Source: Abditibacterium sp. (GTDB lineage: Bacteria > Armatimonadota > Abditibacteriia > Abditibacteriales > Abditibacteriaceae). Taken from it: DNA of 64,000 bases. Where the stretch lies: assembly GCA_965246885.1 (NCBI GenBank), contig OZ251992.1, positions 448,001-512,000 of the forward strand. Direction: 5' to 3'. The notes beneath the pieces were generated by a model that was not told where the DNA came from, did no database searches, and was given only the letters and a program-made list of their open reading frames with translations. Within the stretch, counting starts at the first letter, position 1. Each line of letters opens with the position of its first letter. Both the position numbers and the translations under genes were made by a program. Shown in pieces: positions 58,229 through 64,000 of this stretch.

Positions 58229-60559
58229 TTGATTTGTGGTCGTTGCGGCAAGCCCACTGCCGAGAATTCAACTTTCTGCCCGCAAGATAGCTGGGCCATC
58301 TTCGTAGACCGCCCCGTCACTTCCGACGCGGGCGCGCTGTTTGGCTTTGAATTGCCCGCCGGTTCTGGCCGCTTGGCGCGGCGCCGACAGGAAGGCATCT
58401 GCGCGCAACTGGCGCACTCCTACGAGGACAACTTGCAACGGCGCAACGACGCGCTCGAAAAGCGCCTCGAAGCCGAGCCGGATTCCTACGAGGTTTTGCG
58501 CGCCCTCGCGCTTATTGCCTACCTTGAAGGGCAACTGGCGCGCGCCGCCACCCTCTTCGAGCGCGCCCACAAAGCCAATCCCGACGACCTTGAATCCGCC
58601 GTCAACTTCGCCATCGTTTTGGCGCGGCGCGGGCAATTGCAGCCCTCGCTCAACCTCTTGAACGAACTGCGCAAAGCGCACCCCGATTCGCCCTTTGTTT
58701 GGCTCAACCTCGCCCTCGTCGCCCTCCAAGCGCACCGCGCGCCGCTCGTTCACGAAGCTGTTGGCGCGCTCGAACAACTGTGGCTCGGCAACGAGCAAAT
58801 CGCCCTTGCCTTTCACGACGACGGCGTCACGGCGCGCGGCCTCGCCTTTTTGCTCGAAGGCAAAGCGCGCGAAGCGTGGGATCAACTCAACGCTTCCGCG
58901 CGCCACGCCATCAACCTCAAAGTCGAAGCGCGCAAAGACGCCGAGCGCGAAGGGTTAACCTTCGACAACGCGGACACTTTCGGCGACGACGAGGCCGGTG
59001 CGGAGGTCGTTATGGAAGGGATGGGCGCCGAAGCGAGCGCGCTCAATAACCTCGCTATCGCCGAAGCCGAAATGGGTGAACTGACGCGCGCCCAAGCGCG
59101 CTTGCGCGCCGCGCTACGCTTGGAGCCGGGCAACAGCGCCATCTTGAACAACATCGGCGTCCTCGCGTATCGCGGCGGCAATCTCTCCGCCGCGCACCGC
59201 GCCTTGGAAACCGCGCAGGGCGTCGAAGAGTTTATCGGCAGGCCCGACCCCATCACCAACAACCACTTGGGCGTTGTCTTAGGGTCAATGGGGCGCATGG
59301 ACGAAAGCCTGAACTTCTTCCAACGCGCCGGGTCGGTAGACCACGCCGAGTTCGAGGTCTTTTATAACCTTGGTCGCGCCTTCATCGAACACGGGCGCTC
59401 GGACGTGGGCGTGCCGCATCTGCGCCAAGCCTTTGCCATCGAACCCAACAACGCCGATGTGCACACCGTCTTGGGTGCGGCCTACTTGTTTTCCGGGCGC
59501 CTCAACTTGTATGCCGAAGCGCTCAAGCACCTCAAGCGCGCCGTGCAACTCGACTCGCACTCGCGCACCGGCGCCGCCAACCTCGTGCTGGCGCTCTTGG
59601 AAATCGGCAACCGCGACGCGGCGCGCGGGATATTGAACCAAGCGCTCAAGGTGTTCCCCGGCGCGGCGGAGCCGAACTATCTCGCCGCGCTTATTCTGTT
59701 GTATTCGTTGGAAGGCTCCGACAACCCGGAAACCTTTTGGGCGAGCGCTTCGCAACACTTTGAACTGGCGCGCGCAGCGCGGCCTGATACGGCGGCGGCG
59801 CTTTACAACTCGGCACTGTGCCAATTCATGATGGGCTTCCGCGATACCAGCGCCAAACTGCTCGAAGCCGCCACGCAACGCGACCCCTCGCTTGGCCCCG
59901 CGTATTACCTGATTGGCGTCGGGCACGCAGTCGCCAAGCGCGACAAAGAAGCGCTGGCGGCGTGGAGCATCGCGGCCCAGTTGGAGCCGCTCAACGCCGA
60001 CGTCCACATCAACACGGGCGCGCTCTTGTATCGCATGGGCGACTTCAAGGGCGCGTGCGACGCTTACTTTCGCGCGCACCGCTTGTTGCCCGAAGACCCC
60101 ATCATCCTCGCGTCGCTGGGCATCGCTTTCGCGCGCCGCAAGATGTTCGCGCAGGCCATCACTTCGCTCGAACAAAGCCTGCGCATTGACCCGCGCTCGG
60201 CCATTGCCCACTCCAATATCGGCCTCGCGCATTATCTGTTCAACGCCATCGAGCGCGCGATGGAGCACTGGCGCTTGGTGTCGCAACTCGACAAGTCCTA
60301 CGCCGCTTCGCGCGAGGAAGAGCAGCAACGCTCGTTCGACGATTCCATCATCCAAGTGCGTCCGCTTGAATGGAAGAATCGCATCATTGGCATCGCGCCT
60401 GTGTTGCCGCGCCCGCGCACGCGCTTGACGCCCGCCCAAGGCGTTGACCCGTTCCGTATGATCTTGACCGACCCCGCGTTGGCCACCATCGCCGAACAAA
60501 AGCGCCAACTCGAAGCCCAGCGCCGCGTCTTGGGATGGATGAGTTTGAAGACGCACTAA
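58229..60559 (+). CDS. TPR-repeat protein with an N-terminal zinc ribbon
   Basis: CGRCG...FCPQD; many TPR units; AGGAG upstream of a TTG start. Confidence 0.85.
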   Translation: MICGRCGKPTAENSTFCPQDSWAIFVDRPVTSDAGALFGFELPAGSGRLARRRQEGICAQLAHSYEDNLQRRNDALEKRLEAEPDSYEVLRALALIAYLEGQLARAATLFERAHKANPDDLESAVNFAIVLARRGQLQPSLNLLNELRKAHPDSPFVWLNLALVALQAHRAPLVHEAVGALEQLWLGNEQIALAFHDDGVTARGLAFLLEGKAREAWDQLNASARHAINLKVEARKDAEREGLTFDNADTFGDDEAGAEVVMEGMGAEASALNNLAIAEAEMGELTRAQARLRAALRLEPGNSAILNNIGVLAYRGGNLSAAHRALETAQGVEEFIGRPDPITNNHLGVVLGSMGRMDESLNFFQRAGSVDHAEFEVFYNLGRAFIEHGRSDVGVPHLRQAFAIEPNNADVHTVLGAAYLFSGRLNLYAEALKHLKRAVQLDSHSRTGAANLVLALLEIGNRDAARGILNQALKVFPGAAEPNYLAALILLYSLEGSDNPETFWASASQHFELARAARPDTAAALYNSALCQFMMGFRDTSAKLLEAATQRDPSLGPAYYLIGVGHAVAKRDKEALAAWSIAAQLEPLNADVHINTGALLYRMGDFKGACDAYFRAHRLLPEDPIILASLGIAFARRKMFAQAITSLEQSLRIDPRSAIAHSNIGLAHYLFNAIERAMEHWRLVSQLDKSYAASREEEQQRSFDDSIIQVRPLEWKNRIIGIAPVLPRPRTRLTPAQGVDPFRMILTDPALATIAEQKRQLEAQRRVLGWMSLKTH

Positions 60560-60655
60560 CCGCCCGCACCCTGCTGGCCAGTCACTTCTTTATCTTCCGA
60601 GCAGGCCGCCTTTTGGATGGTAACTTAAACTGGACTTGTTCGTTCATCTTGTCTT

Positions 60656-61429
60656 ATGGAACCCTGGAAATTAGCCATTATCGGTGTGCTGGGCGCGGGG
60701 ATGTTGGGCTACGGCATGTATGCCAACTCGACACCCAAAGTCAACTTGGCGCCGCCCATGCCGGGCGCCGCTCCGGTGCCCGTGCAATATGTGGGCAAAG
60801 CGCTCCCGGCGTGGCCCAGTGTCACGCAGTGGATGAACACGTCCGCTCCGCCGTCGCTGAACGGGTTGAAGGGCAAGACGGTGCTCCTCGAAGTGTTTCG
60901 CACCGAGTGCTCGCATTGCCAAGCGGCGGCGCCGTTTCTGGCGAAACTTTATCCGCGCTACGCGCCGCGCGGCATTGAGTTCGTGGGCATCCAGTCGCCC
61001 TCGAAGTCGCCCGAACCCGACAATCCTGAAGAGGACTGGACGAAAGTGCAAGCGTGGGCCAAAGCAAAAGGCTACACATGGCCGGTCGGCTTCGATGACA
61101 AAAGCCAGTGGTTCCAAGGCAAGTTCGGCCAAGGCGTCTCGTATCCGTCGCTGTTTCTCCTCGGCCCCGATGGGAAGGTGGGGTTCTTCCAGTCGGGTCA
61201 CACCCCGGAGAAGGCGTTGGATTTGGCCGTTGAATTGGAAAAAGTCGCGCCCGGACAGGGCGATAACGCCGCGCGCGCGCGCGATTTGACGCGCTTTCTG
61301 GCGAGCGATTTGGGAGTGCAAAGCGATCAGAAAGCGCAGCAGTCGCTCGCCGCCGACATCCAAACCCGCCTTTCTGCCAAACCCCAAACCAAAACCGCCG
61401 CCGCGCCCGCACCCGCCAAAGCGGGTTAG
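60656..61429 (+). CDS. Membrane-anchored TlpA/redoxin family protein
   Basis: N-terminal TM segment; LKGKTVLLEVF..ECSHC and YPS motifs. Confidence 0.85.
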   Translation: MEPWKLAIIGVLGAGMLGYGMYANSTPKVNLAPPMPGAAPVPVQYVGKALPAWPSVTQWMNTSAPPSLNGLKGKTVLLEVFRTECSHCQAAAPFLAKLYPRYAPRGIEFVGIQSPSKSPEPDNPEEDWTKVQAWAKAKGYTWPVGFDDKSQWFQGKFGQGVSYPSLFLLGPDGKVGFFQSGHTPEKALDLAVELEKVAPGQGDNAARARDLTRFLASDLGVQSDQKAQQSLAADIQTRLSAKPQTKTAAAPAPAKAG

Positions 61430-63093
61430 GCCCGGCACAGCGCGCACAGCCAGCCGCCCGCGTGGGGAATCCAGTCCTCGTCGGTGAACGAGTGCGGCCC
61501 GTCGTTGGCGATCATTGGCGCGACGTCGAAGGTGAACTGGTCGCCCGTCGAGAAGCCGTTGCAGATGGAGCCGCGCACGGCGAGCCAAGTGCCCGCCGTG
61601 CGTGCGCCGATGCCGCATATCATGCTGACCGGGAGCGCCACGCCGGGGGGCACGTCGGCGCTCCACATGTGGGAGGCGAAGAGGGAGTCGCTTGAAAGGC
61701 CAGCGTTCAGCCCTGCTATCCATTGGAGGTTGCCGACGGCAATGTCGCCAAAGCGGGCGTCGCCAAACAGTGCCTCGAACTCGAAACCCAGCGCCGCCGC
61801 CCATCCGTAAACCCCGTTCATGCCGTGCCACAATCCGGCGAACCAAAGCAGCCCTTGGCCGGCGAAAATACCGAGCGGAAGCAGCAAAAACGGGTTCGCT
61901 TGGCAGGCGGGCAGGAAGTAACCGTAAGCGAAGTCGCGCACCGTGTCCTGCCATAACCCGGCGTCGGGGTGCGCGGGATGGGCGCGAAGCATTTCGATGA
62001 GCGGCACGAGGTAGTGCGGAAACGTCGCCGTGACATCCGAGCCGATTCCGCTCTTGCCGAGGGAATGGAGCCACGCTTTTTCGGGCAAATCGGCGCTTGC
62101 ATACGTGCGGAAGTATCCGTAGAAGCCGAACTGCCCCTCACCTTCACTCACTTGGCGCTCGCAAAGTTCCCGCGCTAACTCCGCCGCGCGCCGCGCGAAG
62201 TCCGGCACGTCTTCACTTCCGAAATCGAGGCGCGACAGTTCCCACGCGGCCCACAGAGCGGTCGTGAGATCATGGCTGAGATGCTCGCGCGGCGGTTGCC
62301 AGTCGTCGGCAACGCCGTGCGCTGTCGGGTTAAAACCCTGCGCTCCGCACGGCTCGCACCGCTCGAACCACGCGAAAGCGAGCGCGGCGCGCCGGGTGTA
62401 ATCGGCTTTGCGCGCGGCGTAGTCGTCGCCTAAAAGCCGCGCGGCGCGTGCCCACACGACGGCGGCTTGCAGGGCGTCACCGGGCAAATGGGTGTCGGGG
62501 AAAGTTGGCAGTTCGTGGATGAGCGCGCCATTGGCGTCGCCGCGACCATCAGTTTGGTCTTGCAAGAGCGCCAAGTAGTCGGCGCCGTTGACGATTTGCT
62601 CCCCCAAACGCGCCCGTTCCTCGGTATTCCACTGGCCCGCGCGGTGTTCCAACACGTCAAGCAAGCCGAGGGCGAACGCGGCGTGCGAGTTCGCTTCTTG
62701 CCAATGGGCGCCGCAATCCTGCCACCCGACGCCGTTCTTGGCCAGCCGCGCGCGCCGCTCGGCTTGGTCAACCGACGCCAGCCAGCCCGACTTCTGCCAC
62801 AATAGCCCCGCGCCGACTTCAATCTCGCCCCCGAAACGGGCGTCGCCGTTCACTATCTCTATCGTGAACCGTCCGCCCTCGCTCAGGCCGGAAAAATCGG
62901 CGATCCACCAGTGGCTGCCCCACTTTTCGCCCCACAGGGTGACGGCGCCTTCGAGCCAAACCGCCGCGCCGCGCAGGACGCGAAAGCGCGCGGCGGGCGA
63001 GAGTTCGCCTGCGCCGCCACGAACGATGGCGCGCAGGGGGCGGCCCAAGTCGTAGCCGATTTGTGAATAAAGGAAGCCAACGGGGGAGTTCAT
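61426..63093 (-). CDS. GH9-like (alpha/alpha)6 glycoside hydrolase-related protein
   Basis: N-terminal YSQIGY...ADFS (CelD_N-like), GWQDCG, NLQWIAGLN and C-terminal TDEDWI. Confidence 0.6.
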   Translation of the reverse strand: MNSPVGFLYSQIGYDLGRPLRAIVRGGAGELSPAARFRVLRGAAVWLEGAVTLWGEKWGSHWWIADFSGLSEGGRFTIEIVNGDARFGGEIEVGAGLLWQKSGWLASVDQAERRARLAKNGVGWQDCGAHWQEANSHAAFALGLLDVLEHRAGQWNTEERARLGEQIVNGADYLALLQDQTDGRGDANGALIHELPTFPDTHLPGDALQAAVVWARAARLLGDDYAARKADYTRRAALAFAWFERCEPCGAQGFNPTAHGVADDWQPPREHLSHDLTTALWAAWELSRLDFGSEDVPDFARRAAELARELCERQVSEGEGQFGFYGYFRTYASADLPEKAWLHSLGKSGIGSDVTATFPHYLVPLIEMLRAHPAHPDAGLWQDTVRDFAYGYFLPACQANPFLLLPLGIFAGQGLLWFAGLWHGMNGVYGWAAALGFEFEALFGDARFGDIAVGNLQWIAGLNAGLSSDSLFASHMWSADVPPGVALPVSMICGIGARTAGTWLAVRGSICNGFSTGDQFTFDVAPMIANDGPHSFTDEDWIPHAGGWLCALCRA

Positions 63094-63995
63094 CGGGTCG
63101 CCTCCACTTCCGCCCGCGTCGGGATGGACGGCTGGGCGCCCGCGCGCGTGACGCTTAGGGCGGACGCGGCGACGGCGAACTCGACCGAGGGCGAAACCGC
63201 GCCGCTTTGCGCCCACGCGACGGCGAAAGCGCCGCAAAACGTGTCGCCCGCCGCCGTCGAATCGAGGGCGCGAACTTGGGGAGCCGGGACATGGGCTTCG
63301 CCTTCCCCGGACAAAACGAACGCGCCCCCGGCGCCGAGCGTAACGATCACGATTTGCGGCCCGCGACCACGCAGCCAATGCGCGGCGACGATCGCTTCGG
63401 CAAGGGAACCGACGGCTTGCCCGCACAAGGCGGCGGCTTCGGTTTCGTTGACGATGAGGGCGGTCAGGGCGTCGCTGAGGGCGATGGCGCCGCGCGCCGG
63501 GGCGTAGTTGAAAACAACGGGGACTTTGTTTTGCTTGGCCAACTCCAAGGCGCGGCGGTTGACCGCGTCGGGAATTTCCATTTGCAGCACGACGACATCG
63601 GCTTGGGCGAAGAGTTCGGCGCGTAGGTGTCCGGGCAAAAGCGCGTAGTTGGCGCCGGGAGCAACCGCGAGATAATTGTCGCCCGCGCGGTCGAACATGA
63701 CCAAAGCCGACCCACTTGGAGCATCGGGCGCTTGGTGGATGTGGCCGGTTTCGATGCCCTCGCGCCGGAAGTTCTCGATCATCTGCGCGCCGAACGGGTC
63801 GCGCCCGACGCCGCACACCAACGTCACCGCGCCTCCGGCACGCGCGGCGGCGACGGCTTGATTGGCGCCTTTGCCGCCGAAAGTTTGGAGAAATTGCCCA
63901 TCGGTCACGGTTTCGCCGACGCGCGGAAGCGCCGCCAAGCCCATAATGAAGTCGGTATTCGACGAGCCGACAACGAGAACGCGGGGAACGCTCAT
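63090..63995 (-). CDS. rbsK: Ribokinase
   Basis: GSSNTD, GGKGANQAVAAARAG, NETEA and DSTAAGDTFCG motifs. Confidence 0.93.
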   Translation of the reverse strand: MSVPRVLVVGSSNTDFIMGLAALPRVGETVTDGQFLQTFGGKGANQAVAAARAGGAVTLVCGVGRDPFGAQMIENFRREGIETGHIHQAPDAPSGSALVMFDRAGDNYLAVAPGANYALLPGHLRAELFAQADVVVLQMEIPDAVNRRALELAKQNKVPVVFNYAPARGAIALSDALTALIVNETEAAALCGQAVGSLAEAIVAAHWLRGRGPQIVIVTLGAGGAFVLSGEGEAHVPAPQVRALDSTAAGDTFCGAFAVAWAQSGAVSPSVEFAVAASALSVTRAGAQPSIPTRAEVEATR

Positions 63996-64000
63996 TTAGT

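Overview
High-GC bacterial chromosome segment spanning the probable replication origin. Gene content and style suggest a diderm Terrabacteria lineage such as Abditibacteriota/Armatimonadota (inference only). It holds about 58 protein genes, mostly housekeeping: rnj, serS, recF, dnaN, a dciA-like gene, parA/parB, nrdR, pyrD/pyrK, glgC, eda, pepP, lysC, wecB, uppP and rbsK. An oriC-like locus at ~26.6-26.9 kb has DnaA boxes, DnaA-trios and an AT-rich unwinding element, but no dnaA gene is in the window. There are five parS sites, four REPIN-like palindromic elements and several 21-nt periodic tracts. No rRNA, tRNA, CRISPR array or transposase was seen. The top candidate novel system is a secreted 878-aa DUF11 protein (12972-15608). 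Its C-terminal isopeptide-type domain lacks its last strands, while its N-terminus carries exactly those strands, which suggests a self-polymerising, covalently cross-linked fibre. The adjacent small incomplete DUF11 protein may be its chaperone or cap. The second candidate is an ArgRS paralogue with both class I signature motifs lost (probable pseudo-enzyme).
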